Made by a program: the position numbers and the translations under genes. Source: Pachysolen tannophilus NRRL Y-2460 (taxonomy: Eukaryota). Taken from it: a DNA stretch of 64,000 nt. The notes under the pieces were generated by a model. That model was not told where the DNA came from. It saw only the letters and a list, made by a program, of their open reading frames with translations, and made no database searches. The stretch is taken from assembly GCA_001661245.1 (NCBI GenBank), contig KV454012.1, positions 464,147 to 528,146 of the forward strand, read 5' to 3'. Every line of letters begins with the position of its first letter. The stretch's first letter is position 1. Below, one piece after another: positions 1 through 10,526 of this stretch.

Positions 1-1233
1 GATCAGAAATTCCCAATACCGGAGGAATTAACATGTTTAACATCGACTAATGATTCTAGTGGGAAACCTTGGTTATTAGCAGGAGGTTCAAAATCAGGGA
101 AAGTTTATATATGGGAGCTTTCATCAGGTTATTTATTACAAGTTAAAGCTATACATTATCAAGCGGTTTCATGTATTAATTTTACCGATAATTGTGATTT
201 TTTGATTTCTGGTGGATTAGATTCAAGAATAGCTATTTATAAGACTTTTGATTTGATAAATATTATATCCAATAGTATCAGTAATGGTGGAAGTAATAAT
301 GATGAAGAAGAAAAATCTATAAAACCTTATGCAATTTTCACAGATCATACTTTACCAGTGACGGATATAGTATTGACAAAAGGTTTAACTAATGATATCA
401 AAATTTATTCAATTTCAAAAGATTGTACTATAAGATGTTACCATTTAATAACGAAAAAAATTTTGACCACATTTGTTGCTACATCACCTGTAGAAAGTAT
501 AACATTGGATTCATCTGAAAGATCATTATATCTAGGTTTTGAATCAGGTTTAATTAGACAAGTACCATTATATCAGGTAAATAAAATCAATAGTACATTA
601 GAAAAAATTGGTGGGAATAATAAGATTATAAATATAAATGATGACCCAGATTTGCAATATACTTTTTTAAATCATAAAGGTTATGAAGTCACATCATTAG
701 CATTAAGTTTAGATGGAACATATTTAATTTCTGGTGATAGTAAAGGTAGGATATTTATAAGCGATGTAATTACAAAACAAGTTTTAAAAAATTTAAAAGA
801 ATTATCATCTGGAATTAGTGGAATTTTCCAATTTACTCTTGATGAATCAGAAAATTCTGTATTTGCAGAAATTTCTCTTAAAGATAAACAGAAAAATCAA
901 TTACCAGTTTTGAAAAGAGTCTTGGTTGGTGAAAAAGATTTACAAAAACATGATGTCTACATAAAATTAAATCAAAATTATTTCGAAACGGAAATTGAAT
1001 TTGAATTGAAAAATTTTATTAACACCACGGCAAATGAAGAATTGGTTTTCTCTAATTTTACAAATATAGATTCAATGACAAAAATTACCACTTCTGATAC
1101 TGATGATTCCTCTAAAGTTAAAGATTTGGAAGAACAATTACAACTGATGAAAAAGGGTTATACAGAATTAAGATCTATTCATGAAGATTTATTTTCTGAA
1201 TATTCAAAATTATTATCAGAAACTAAAAAATAG
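1..1233 (+). CDS. IPI3: WD40 Rix1-complex subunit (pre-60S/pre-rRNA processing), 5'-truncated by the window edge
   Basis: Frame 1 is open from base 1: DQKFPIPEELTCL..PWLLAGGSKSGKVYIWELSSG..HYQAV..ISGGLDSR, DHTLPVTD, C-terminal coiled coil. The ORF track start at 202 is an internal TTG. Confidence 0.85.
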   Translation, partial: DQKFPIPEELTCLTSTNDSSGKPWLLAGGSKSGKVYIWELSSGYLLQVKAIHYQAVSCINFTDNCDFLISGGLDSRIAIYKTFDLINIISNSISNGGSNNDEEEKSIKPYAIFTDHTLPVTDIVLTKGLTNDIKIYSISKDCTIRCYHLITKKILTTFVATSPVESITLDSSERSLYLGFESGLIRQVPLYQVNKINSTLEKIGGNNKIININDDPDLQYTFLNHKGYEVTSLALSLDGTYLISGDSKGRIFISDVITKQVLKNLKELSSGISGIFQFTLDESENSVFAEISLKDKQKNQLPVLKRVLVGEKDLQKHDVYIKLNQNYFETEIEFELKNFINTTANEELVFSNFTNIDSMTKITTSDTDDSSKVKDLEEQLQLMKKGYTELRSIHEDLFSEYSKLLSETKK

Positions 1234-1323
1234 GCGGTGCAAAAAAATAAATACATTCATTCATTTTAAAAAATTGTGTAAAATCTTAATTCTTCTATTG
1301 TACATTATAGTTTTCTCACTTGT

Positions 1324-1806
1324 CTATACACTTTTCTTTCTCTTAGAAGGAGGTGACAATGGTCTATTAAACCCATTTTTCCTGTTCATGTATTGTCTAT
1401 ATTCAGCTTTTTTATTCTTAACAGAACCATAAACGTTTGTACCTTCAACTTTCTTATTTTTTGTAGTTCCAAACCCATTAAACCCCATTAAACTCAGCAT
1501 ATCATGTATCGATGGATCTTCCTGTATTGAAATATCATCTCCATCACTATCATTATACTCCTGTCTTTTTGATGTTCTTCCTCTAGACTCTTCTTCCACC
1601 TCTTGTTTCCCCTCAATAATTTCTTGTTCGTGCTTGTCATCTACCCCATCATCATCATCATTTTCTTCTTCATCTGCTTCTTTCTTTCTATCCAGCAACA
1701 GCGGTGACCTTTCTCTAAAACTACTTCTTCCCTTGTCACCTTCTCCATCCACACTCCTCTCTCTCTTCCTGTCTTTCAAGTTAATCTGTATCTTCTTCGG
1801 ACCCAT
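1324..1806 (-). CDS. SNRNP27: U4/U6.U5 tri-snRNP 27K protein (DUF1777 family)
   Basis: R/S/E-rich N-terminus; C-terminal MGFNGFGTTKNKKV..KKAEYRQYMNRKNGFNRPLSP signature. Confidence 0.9.
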   Translation of the reverse strand: MGPKKIQINLKDRKRERSVDGEGDKGRSSFRERSPLLLDRKKEADEEENDDDDGVDDKHEQEIIEGKQEVEEESRGRTSKRQEYNDSDGDDISIQEDPSIHDMLSLMGFNGFGTTKNKKVEGTNVYGSVKNKKAEYRQYMNRKNGFNRPLSPPSKRKKSV

Positions 1807-1919
1807 TTCTGTTTAATTGTAATCATTTCTAAAAAATGTTAAAATCTTTAAAATAAATATTTTTAATTATGTGTTTAAAAATTTCTTTATCTTTTTACAT
1901 TAAAAAAAATTTTTTTTAA

Positions 1920-1929
1920 AAAATTTTCA
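1920..1929 (-). promoter_or_regulatory. RRPE-like element upstream of SOF1
   Basis: TGAAAATTTT on the minus strand, about 80 bp before a ribosome-biogenesis gene. AT-rich context weakens it. Confidence 0.45.
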
Positions 1930-2008
1930 TTTTATCAAATTATAAAGAAATAAATTATAATTATCATTGTTTAGATCAAAGGTGATAACGTACTAGTGAA
2001 GGTTTAGA

Positions 2009-3394
2009 ATGAAGATCAAGACTATCAGTCGATCATCGGATACTTATGTTCCAGTTAGAAACACTCAGGAGTCTTCACTCCCTCGTAACTTGGATCCAGC
2101 TCTTCATCCATTTGAAAGAGCAAGAGAATATACAAAAGCATTAACGGCAACGAAATTGGAAAGAATGTTTGCCCAACCTTTTATAGGACAGTTAGGGAAA
2201 GGTCATAGAGATGGGGTTTATTGTATTGCTAAGAACTATCATGTTTTAAATAAGATAGCATCTAGTTCTGCTGATGGTGTTATTAAATATTGGGATTTAA
2301 CTTCTAGAGATGAGACATATCAATTTAAAGCGCATTATGGGATGTGTTCAGGTTTAGTTGTTACTCCTCAAAACCAGTTATTATCCTGTGGTGATGATAA
2401 GACTATCAAACTTTGGAATGTAAATAATGAATCTAATTTTGGTCAAAATTACAATATTGGTGATGATGCAGAAACTTCTACTGATGGTCTAATAAAGACA
2501 TATTTGGGAGAACATGCTTTTAAAAGTATTGATCATCATAGATCTGATAATGTATTTGTAACAGGTGGTGCTGAAATTAATCTTTGGGATGTGAAGAGAT
2601 CAAAACCTATATCGAATTTATCATGGGGAGCAGATAATATAACAAGTGTCAAATTCAATATGACTGAAACAGATGTAATTGCTTCAACTGGATCAGATAA
2701 CTCTACTGTATTATATGATATCAGAACAAATTCTCCAACTCAAAAAATAAAGACAACTTTAAGATCAAATGCTATATCTTGGAATCCTATAGAGGCATTT
2801 AATTTTGTTACAGCTTCTGAAGATCATAATTGTTATTATTGGGATATGAGAAATACGAAAAGATCTTTAAATGTTTTCAAAGATCATGTTGCCGCAGTAA
2901 TGGATGTTGATTTCTCACCAACAGGTCAAGAGATTGTTACCGGTTCTTATGATAAAACAATTAGATTGTTTGATGTTAAAAAGGGTCATTCAAGAGATAT
3001 ATATCATACAAAGAGAATGCAACATGTTTTTGTGGTGAAATATTCTATGGATTCAAAATATATTATTTCAGGTTCAGATGATAGTAATTTAAGAGTATGG
3101 AGATCCAAGGCATCTGAACGTTCTGGTGTCAAATCTTCTAGAATGAGAGCTAGATTAGAATATGATGAAAAATTGAAAGAGAAATTTGCTTCGATGCCAG
3201 AAATTAGAAGAATTGCTAGACATAGACATTTACCAAAAGTTATTAAAAAAGCTGATGAGATTAAAAAGATTGAAATTGAAAGCTTAAAAAGAAGAGAAAA
3301 TAACGAAAGAAGACACAGTAAAAAGAATTCTATTCCTTTCAAGAGTGAAAGGGAAAAACATATAGTTGGACACGCTTTCAAAGATGAAGATTAG
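2009..3394 (+). CDS. SOF1: U3 snoRNP/SSU processome WD40 protein
   Basis: MKIKTISRS..PRNLDPALHPFERAREYTKAL, WD repeats, C-terminal Sof1 domain EIRRIARHRHLPK. Confidence 0.97.
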   Translation: MKIKTISRSSDTYVPVRNTQESSLPRNLDPALHPFERAREYTKALTATKLERMFAQPFIGQLGKGHRDGVYCIAKNYHVLNKIASSSADGVIKYWDLTSRDETYQFKAHYGMCSGLVVTPQNQLLSCGDDKTIKLWNVNNESNFGQNYNIGDDAETSTDGLIKTYLGEHAFKSIDHHRSDNVFVTGGAEINLWDVKRSKPISNLSWGADNITSVKFNMTETDVIASTGSDNSTVLYDIRTNSPTQKIKTTLRSNAISWNPIEAFNFVTASEDHNCYYWDMRNTKRSLNVFKDHVAAVMDVDFSPTGQEIVTGSYDKTIRLFDVKKGHSRDIYHTKRMQHVFVVKYSMDSKYIISGSDDSNLRVWRSKASERSGVKSSRMRARLEYDEKLKEKFASMPEIRRIARHRHLPKVIKKADEIKKIEIESLKRRENNERRHSKKNSIPFKSEREKHIVGHAFKDED

Positions 3395-3767
3395 GTTTAT
3401 ATATTCATTGTGTAATAATAATAATAGTACAACGATTATTTTTCCCAAAAAAAAAAAANAAAAAAAGGAAAGAAAAAACATATTAAAATTAAAACAAATA
3501 TATATATATATATAAATTTTTACATAAATGGCAAATAAAGATCTAAAAAATGGGGTTTTTAAAATAAAAAATTAATAATAAAAGGTAAAAGAAAATATTA
3601 ATAAATAAAATAATAAAATAAAAAAAAAAATAAAAAAAAAGATAAAAATAATAATAAAACTTTGAAAATATATGTTTTATTTTGTGCATTAAAGAGAGAG
3701 AGAATAATAAAAAAAAAAAAAATTAAGACCAGCTTTTATCTTTTCTTTTCTTTTTTCTTCGGATTCG

Positions 3768-5306
3768 TCATATATTAATATCCAAACTTAATCTGACATC
3801 ATCAATACAACTTAAATCATGCAATAAAGGTAAGATGTCTAATAATTCACCATCATGAGTATCGCTAAACCAACTACTTATTGGGATAGCATGTTGAGGA
3901 TGGAAAATATAACTAGCAGGTGAATTATCAATAATTATTAAATTTTTTAAATCTCTTCCAATTTGTGATAAATTTTTTATATAATTACCTTGATAATTAT
4001 AACATGATTCTCTAAATAATCTATGATGGATAGATCTACTACGATCTAATATATCCAATAATGGGTCACCATATCTAGAAACACTTGCAGTAAATACAAC
4101 TACTTCATACCATTCACCAACTTTTTTCAAAAATTCATCAACTCCTGGACGTTTTATAACATAAACATTATGAACTTGACCTTCAACTTCTACAGGAATA
4201 ACAAAATCAGCTTGTCTTACATATTTAAAAGATGAATGAACTAAAGTTTCATCTAAATCCAAAATAAGACATTTTCTATTAGATAATGATGGTGGTGCTG
4301 GATTTAATAACCAACCGGATGAAGAAACAACTTGACCAGTTTGTAATTTTGTTAAATCTAATTCTTCACCAGCTTCAAAATCAATTTCATCTTCTGAACT
4401 TGAAGTTGAATTAAAAGATGAATTTGGTTCTGGTTCCTGTAATTCACGATATTGTACTTGTTCCATTTTTTTAATCGGCACAGCATCAATTTCTTGTAAA
4501 TTTTCAGAAACATCAATAGATGTATTTGGGTCCACGGTTGTTGTTGCAGGGGTTGTTGCTGTTGTAGCAGCGCCAACTGGCGGTACTGGTAATGGCGCTA
4601 TAGTTGAGATTGTAGTTGTTGCCACGCCGGATCTTTTTGCATCATCAAGAGAATCCTCGATATTATCATCATCATTAATGGTTTCAAGGTCATCATTAAC
4701 AGTGATTGATTGTGTATCCTTTGAACTATCTGAAGAATCTTTTGCTATTGTTGTTGTTTCATGTACAATTGACTTATTCTGGGAAGATTGATCTTGAGCC
4801 TGTTGTTGTCCTTGCAGTTGCAGGTGTAGGTGTTGTTGATGGTTTTTGTGTTGTTCGTGATCATTCTGCAGTTGCAGCAGCAGCTGCTGCTTTCGCAGTG
4901 ATTTCTTTTGTCCTGAAACGGGTGAGCCACCGGTTGCTGCACCAGTACCCGCATTAGCACCAGCACCACCGACACCCGAACCCGAACCCATTGACACAAT
5001 ACCAGCATTTGAATTTGCATTTGCATTAGTATTAATATTAGTATTAGCGTCAACATTTGCATTAGCGCCCTTATTCTTCCTACCCGCCGTTTGTCTTGAA
5101 TTTGCAGGATACATATTATTAGCGCTACCAGAATTAATAGCACTATTTGAATATGAACCAGATAACAGTTTTTGAATATTTGATTGTGCAGGACTCAAAG
5201 GCAGTTGTTTTTTATTTTTTCTTTTCAGCGATGGTGAAAAAGAACGATGATTACCATTATCTCCTTCACTATCATAACAACATAGCAATGAAGCTAAAAA
5301 TGACAT
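3768..5306 (-). CDS. PSR1: Plasma-membrane HAD/NIF-family phosphatase
   Basis: N-terminal [15 protein letters not shown] catalytic motif, [19 protein letters not shown]; adjacent to SOF1 as in S. cerevisiae. Confidence 0.92.
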   Translation of the reverse strand: MSFLASLLCCYDSEGDNGNHRSFSPSLKRKNKKQLPLSPAQSNIQKLLSGSYSNSAINSGSANNMYPANSRQTAGRKNKGANANVDANTNINTNANANSNAGIVSMGSGSGVGGAGANAGTGAATGGSPVSGQKKSLRKQQLLLQLQNDHEQHKNHQQHLHLQLQGQQQAQDQSSQNKSIVHETTTIAKDSSDSSKDTQSITVNDDLETINDDDNIEDSLDDAKRSGVATTTISTIAPLPVPPVGAATTATTPATTTVDPNTSIDVSENLQEIDAVPIKKMEQVQYRELQEPEPNSSFNSTSSSEDEIDFEAGEELDLTKLQTGQVVSSSGWLLNPAPPSLSNRKCLILDLDETLVHSSFKYVRQADFVIPVEVEGQVHNVYVIKRPGVDEFLKKVGEWYEVVVFTASVSRYGDPLLDILDRSRSIHHRLFRESCYNYQGNYIKNLSQIGRDLKNLIIIDNSPASYIFHPQHAIPISSWFSDTHDGELLDILPLLHDLSCIDDVRLSLDINI

Positions 5307-5507
5307 TTCTTATAGTTCCAAATACACAAACCAATAATAATAATAATAACAATAACAACAACAAATTTTTTTTAAAAAAAAAAAAAATTATTTTAAATCT
5401 CTTTTAAATTCTATTTGTTCAACTATTCTTGTATCTAATCTTAAACGTTTCTTTTCCCTTCCAACAACTAATTTTTTGAATAAATTAATTATTATCAAAA
5501 TTTATCT

Positions 5508-5551
<44 letters not shown>

Positions 5552-5901
5552 GATAATAGTAATAAAAAAATGCAAAAAAATACAAAAATACAAAATATAA
5601 TAAATCTTGAATTTTTTGTTAATTTTTAAATTTTTTTTTGGGGAGAGAGCGTTACTTTTCTTTTCAAATGAAAATCTATTATTTTACAAATAATATTTTT
5701 TTCTAACGCTGTTTTTTTTAATAATCTTTCCTTCCTCCCTTTTAATGATTAATTAATTTTTAAATTTTAATTTAAAAATTATTAATTAAAATAATTAAAT
5801 AGTACTTATTACTACTATTACTATTATTATTATTATTATTTTCTTTAATTTTTACTTTGTTCGAAAGGCCCAAAATTTCTTCTGTTTTTTCTCTTTTTTT
5901 T

Positions 5902-6433
5902 NNNNNNNNNNNNNNNNNNNNNNNNNNNNNNNNNNNNNNNNNNNNNNNNNNNNNNNNNNNNNNNNNNNNNNNNNNNNNNNNNNNNNNNNNNNNNNNNNNN
6001 NNNNNNNNNNNNNNNNNNNNNNNNNNNNNNNNNNNNNNNNNNNNNNNNNNNNNNNNNNNNNNNNNNNNNNNNNNNNNNNNNNNNNNNNNNNNNNNNNNNN
6101 NNNNNNNNNNNNNNNNNNNNNNNNNNNNNNNNNNNNNNNNNNNNNNNNNNNNNNNNNNNNNNNNNNNNNNNNNNNNNNNNNNNNNNNNNNNNNNNNNNNN
6201 NNNNNNNNNNNNNNNNNNNNNNNNNNNNNNNNNNNNNNNNNNNNNNNNNNNNNNNNNNNNNNNNNNNNNNNNNNNNNNNNNNNNNNNNNNNNNNNNNNNN
6301 NNNNNNNNNNNNNNNNNNNNNNNNNNNNNNNNNNNNNNNNNNNNNNNNNNNNNNNNNNNNNNNNNNNNNNNNNNNNNNNNNNNNNNNNNNNNNNNNNNNN
6401 NNNNNNNNNNNNNNNNNNNNNNNNNNNNNNNNN
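5902..6433. other. Assembly gap
   Basis: Run of N. Confidence 1.
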
Positions 6434-6897
6434 TATATATATATATATATATATATAAAGGTGGTGAGTCTGTAAATTTTTTTTTTTTTTTTGCAGATAG
6501 ATGGATCTTCAAGTTACTAGTTAATTTCTTTTCTCGAGAAAGTGATAATTATTCTTGCTTGTGCCCAAAGAACAAGGCTTACTTTTTATCTTAATGCATG
6601 ATGAAATAATTTTTCATCTAAGCCAAAAAATTTTCCTCTTTTGGACAACGCGCAGAGGGAAAATACAATCTTTGCCTTGAAACTAAAAGAAAAGTATTTG
6701 TTAAAAGAGTTTCTTAACAGCAGAAAACTAATCACAAGACATAAAGAATGAATAGAAATTGGCGTACCTAGTTTTCATTTATTCATTTATTTACAAAAAA
6801 AATATTTGATACCTCTTTATTTGAATTTTAAATTATTATTATTATTATTTTTTTCTTGTTTTTTCTTCTTCTTCTTCTTCTTTTATTTATTTAATGA

Positions 6898-9237
6898 ATG
6901 AGTTCAAGAATCATGACAATAGTGAATGGCGGTGGTGGACTGTTAACCATACGTAAATTGAAAATCTTACTTTCATTAACATTGTTATTATTATGTATTT
7001 CATTTTTATTATTTTTCGCTGAGAAAAACGACCCAGGAGTATTTATTATAGAACACTTGGTATCTAGTGGTAATGGTCAAAGTGTTAATATTGAAAATAT
7101 TAAATACCCAGAAATTATAGATGAATTTGAAAAATTAAATATAACAAGTTCATATAATAGCTTATCTTTGGATGATAAAATTTATTATAAATTAAGAGAA
7201 ATAAATGAAATAATTTCCAATAATAATAATAATAATAATAATAATGATGATGAATATTGGAAATTTAATTATAAAATTTCAAATCCTGAATTAAAGATAA
7301 ATTTAAAAGATTTAAAAGAAAAATTTCTTGATAATAAAAATTTTTATGATCCAAGGTTTACATATTCAATTTATTTAAATCTTATTAAACAAAATTCTAA
7401 TAATCTGGATTTTGATTATAATAAAAATTTGGTTGTTCCATTTTCTTGGGAAGATTGGGTTGATTTAACAATACTTAATCAATATATTACTAATAAAGAA
7501 TCAAAACTTGATTGTAATTCTTTTATTGGAAAATATAAAGAAAAAAAAGGTTTCCCAAAACAATTTTGTATAAATAATAATGATATGCCACTGGAATTTA
7601 ATAAAGATAAATTACCAGGTTTTAATATTCAAAAATCAACTTCAAAAATTAGTAGTATTGAAACAGGTATATTAGCAGGAAAATCTTTTTTAAATTCATT
7701 TGCTCCAATTCCAAGATCAATTTTATTTTTAACAAATGGTGGTGCTTATGAATTAGATATAGGTGAAAAAAAATCAATAATGGATTCAGATTTATTTAAT
7801 AAATATTTATCAAATAATAATATTGATGAATTAAAGGTAAATGAAGATACAATTTTAAAATTTAACCCAAGTGTTGAATATCTGGAATTATTGAAAACAA
7901 TACCTTTTAAAATAAATAATGATGAATTTAATCTTCATAAAGCTTTAATTAAAAGTGATTATTCATATGAATTAAATCCAAATTTATTTAATTTTAGTGA
8001 ACAAAAAGTTAAAACCATATTAGAATATTATGAAACAAAATTAACTAAAGATGGATCACTTCCTAGAAATGAATTAGATCATTATAATTCTTTAAAATAT
8101 TCATTAAATTATTCAGTGGGAAAACTTCCAAAATATTTTGGTGAACCTAAAGTAAGACAAGATGCACTGAATAGAATGAAAGGAAGAAGTGATGATGGAG
8201 GCCATTATGATTGGAGATTCTTTAATGGTATATTGTTCGATAAAACTTTAGGATTATCATTAGCTGAAGTTCAAGATAGAAAAATTATAATCTTACATAG
8301 ACTATTGAGAACATGGTTACAATTCACTTATCAACAAAATATTATAACTTGGATTGCTCATGGGACAATGTTATCTTGGTACTTTAATGGAATACAATTC
8401 CCATATGATAATGATATTGATGTTCAAATGCCAATCCTTGAATTAAATAAGTTTTCTGCAAGATTTAATAATTCACTTGTTGTTGAAGATTTAACTTATG
8501 GGTTTGGCAAATATTATGTGGATTGTGGTGCCTTTATGACACATAGATCAAGAGAAAATAATAATAATAACATTGATGCAAGATTTATTGATGTCGATAC
8601 TGGTATGTATATAGATATCACGGCATTAAGTTTATCCAATAGTAAGACACCTGCAAGATATAAAAATAATAAAGAAGTTTATAATTGTCGTAATAATCAT
8701 TTTTATTCAATCCAAGAATTATCCCCAGTGACTTTATCATTAATGGAAGGTGCTTTAACTTTAATTCCGGAAAATTTTTCTCAAATTTTAACAGAAGAAT
8801 ATCCAAAGGGATTAATAAATAAAGATTATAGAGAATATTTCTATATTGATGAATTAAAATTATGGATACCTTATCGAAATTTATTGGATTTTTTCAAAAA
8901 TCTTCCAAATAGAAGTGAAGAAGAAAAAAAACTTGTTAGTAAACCAAAATTGAAAAATTTTGTTTATAAAGATAAAAAATTAACACCAGATTTAATTTTA
9001 AAATTTTTAGAAAGCGATAAATCTATTTTGAAACAAGTCTTTAGTAGTTTTTATTTAAGCGACTTGCATAATTTAGAAATGACTTATTTGAAAAATGATG
9101 ATTATAAAGATAAGAATGCAAAAACTCAATTTGTTAATTTATTAGAGGAAAATTATTCAATTTATAAACCATTGACAAAATCATTATTTGACTTTGATCT
9201 TGAGTTGAAAAAACGAGGTTCAAAAAATGTAATTTGA
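6898..9237 (+). CDS. LicD/fukutin-family type II membrane protein, Mnn4-like mannosylphosphate transfer
   Basis: N-terminal TM; FSWEDWVDL, GGHYDWRFFNG, WIAHGTMLSWYFNG..PYDNDIDVQMP, IDARFIDVDTGMYIDIT. Confidence 0.88.
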   Translation: MSSRIMTIVNGGGGLLTIRKLKILLSLTLLLLCISFLLFFAEKNDPGVFIIEHLVSSGNGQSVNIENIKYPEIIDEFEKLNITSSYNSLSLDDKIYYKLREINEIISNNNNNNNNNDDEYWKFNYKISNPELKINLKDLKEKFLDNKNFYDPRFTYSIYLNLIKQNSNNLDFDYNKNLVVPFSWEDWVDLTILNQYITNKESKLDCNSFIGKYKEKKGFPKQFCINNNDMPLEFNKDKLPGFNIQKSTSKISSIETGILAGKSFLNSFAPIPRSILFLTNGGAYELDIGEKKSIMDSDLFNKYLSNNNIDELKVNEDTILKFNPSVEYLELLKTIPFKINNDEFNLHKALIKSDYSYELNPNLFNFSEQKVKTILEYYETKLTKDGSLPRNELDHYNSLKYSLNYSVGKLPKYFGEPKVRQDALNRMKGRSDDGGHYDWRFFNGILFDKTLGLSLAEVQDRKIIILHRLLRTWLQFTYQQNIITWIAHGTMLSWYFNGIQFPYDNDIDVQMPILELNKFSARFNNSLVVEDLTYGFGKYYVDCGAFMTHRSRENNNNNIDARFIDVDTGMYIDITALSLSNSKTPARYKNNKEVYNCRNNHFYSIQELSPVTLSLMEGALTLIPENFSQILTEEYPKGLINKDYREYFYIDELKLWIPYRNLLDFFKNLPNRSEEEKKLVSKPKLKNFVYKDKKLTPDLILKFLESDKSILKQVFSSFYLSDLHNLEMTYLKNDDYKDKNAKTQFVNLLEENYSIYKPLTKSLFDFDLELKKRGSKNVI

Positions 9238-9499
9238 AAAATTTTAGGGAAACAAAATCATATTAGCAACTTTATTCAGGAAGGACTTTTTACAGCTTAA
9301 TTATATAACACTTTTTCTTTTTTTTTTTTTCTTTATTATTATTCTTGCTTCTTACAGGTTGAGAAATGGATAATTTTTTTTTTTGCTTTTTATTAGTTAT
9401 CATTTTAATAAAAAAAAATTTTTGCATTTAGATATATATTAATTTGCTTAAATTGTAATCATTCATTATGATTATGTATGGCCTACTTAAAAAAAAATT

Positions 9500-10330
9500 C
9501 TTTTTTCTTTTTTTGACTTCTTCCAGACCTTCTAGCAGTTGCTATCAAAACTAGCCAACACCAAGCCCATATGGTTTCCACCTTTGGATTTAATCACTTC
9601 TACGCATATGTAGATCTATTGTAAATCGTCAAGTTCTCGAAAATTGAATAGTACCAGAAAGACTAGCCGCATGTAGGAATCTTTTTTTCTTTTTTCTTTT
9701 TTTTTTCGCAGGTGAAGATTCATTCACATGGCTGTTCTTGTGTTATTGATGTAATATGAACAGGTTTTTCCATGGTTTAGATGGCTTTTTGGAATTCAAC
9801 GAATACTTTTCGGTATTGATATGGCTAATGCTTTGAAGGACCAAAATCTAGAGGCAATATTAGTTTTGAGGAAGTTGCATAATGATCTCTTGACTGAAAA
9901 ACAGAGCCATTTTAAATTTTTACTAATCACTTCTTAACAACTTGATTGTCTTGACATGTGAATATGATTTTATGAGTTGCGGTTCCCAGGATTTTATATC
10001 TCTCATCAAAGATTGAGACACGCCACAGAGAAGACGCCAATCGTAAAGGAAAATCCCAGGGCAGAAAAAATTCCAACCAAAAACACCAAAGATCCCAAAA
10101 AAAAAAAGCTTTAAGCTGGATCATAAACAAAAAAAAAAGAAAGTAACATTGCTCTCGAAAGCTTCTCCTTCCCTCATCTTATTCCTCTTTCTTTACTTCA
10201 TTTATTCAATTATTCATTCAATCTACAAGTTAGATTCATACCATATGCCTTAAATGGAGTCCTTGAAACTCCGATAATTATCCGACAAAAAACCCAAAAA
10301 GAGCTAAATTGATATTTTTGAGACGACCAA
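9500..10330 (+). ncRNA. Candidate structured ncRNA, possibly telomerase RNA (strand and ends uncertain)
   Basis: No credible ORF; more GC-rich and complex than flanking spacers; several stems; two terminally redundant C/A-rich template-like motifs; Sm-like ATTTTTGA at 10314-10321. Confidence 0.35.
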
Positions 10331-10526
10331 AGTGTTTTTTTATCATTTTAAATGACAATTTTTTTTGAAGGGTGGGAATAGTTGTGGAGTAGAATTAATT
10401 TGTAATCTTTAAAGTGAGCTTGAGTTGTAAAGTTTACTGAAGTTTTGAAGTTCTCTTTTTTTTTTTTTTGTTGTTGTTGTTGATCTTGTTATTTTTATCA
10501 GGTATAAATTATAAAGTAAATATATT

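Noticed and set aside
5772..6594. ORFs spanning N-gaps (also 16096-16673, 21633-22123, 37540-37887)
   Set aside because: Open only because N runs contain no stop codons
6616..6630. TTTTGGCTTAGAT on the minus strand, resembling the U2 snRNA 5' stem
   Set aside because: Not followed by CAAGTGTAGTA; no branch-recognition sequence
9423..9434. TGCATTTAGATA, resembling the recalled TLC1 3' element
   Set aside because: No Sm site follows and it lies 5' of the structured island; likely chance in AT-rich DNA
9570..9682. snR30/U17 m1 and m2-like motifs on the minus strand (AGAUUCCUA, AAACCAU)
   Set aside because: m1 is imperfect, spacing is too long, and there is no closing stem followed by an ACA box
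9927..10130. 67-aa minus-strand ORF
   Set aside because: Non-ATG start, homopolymer-derived sequence, no motif
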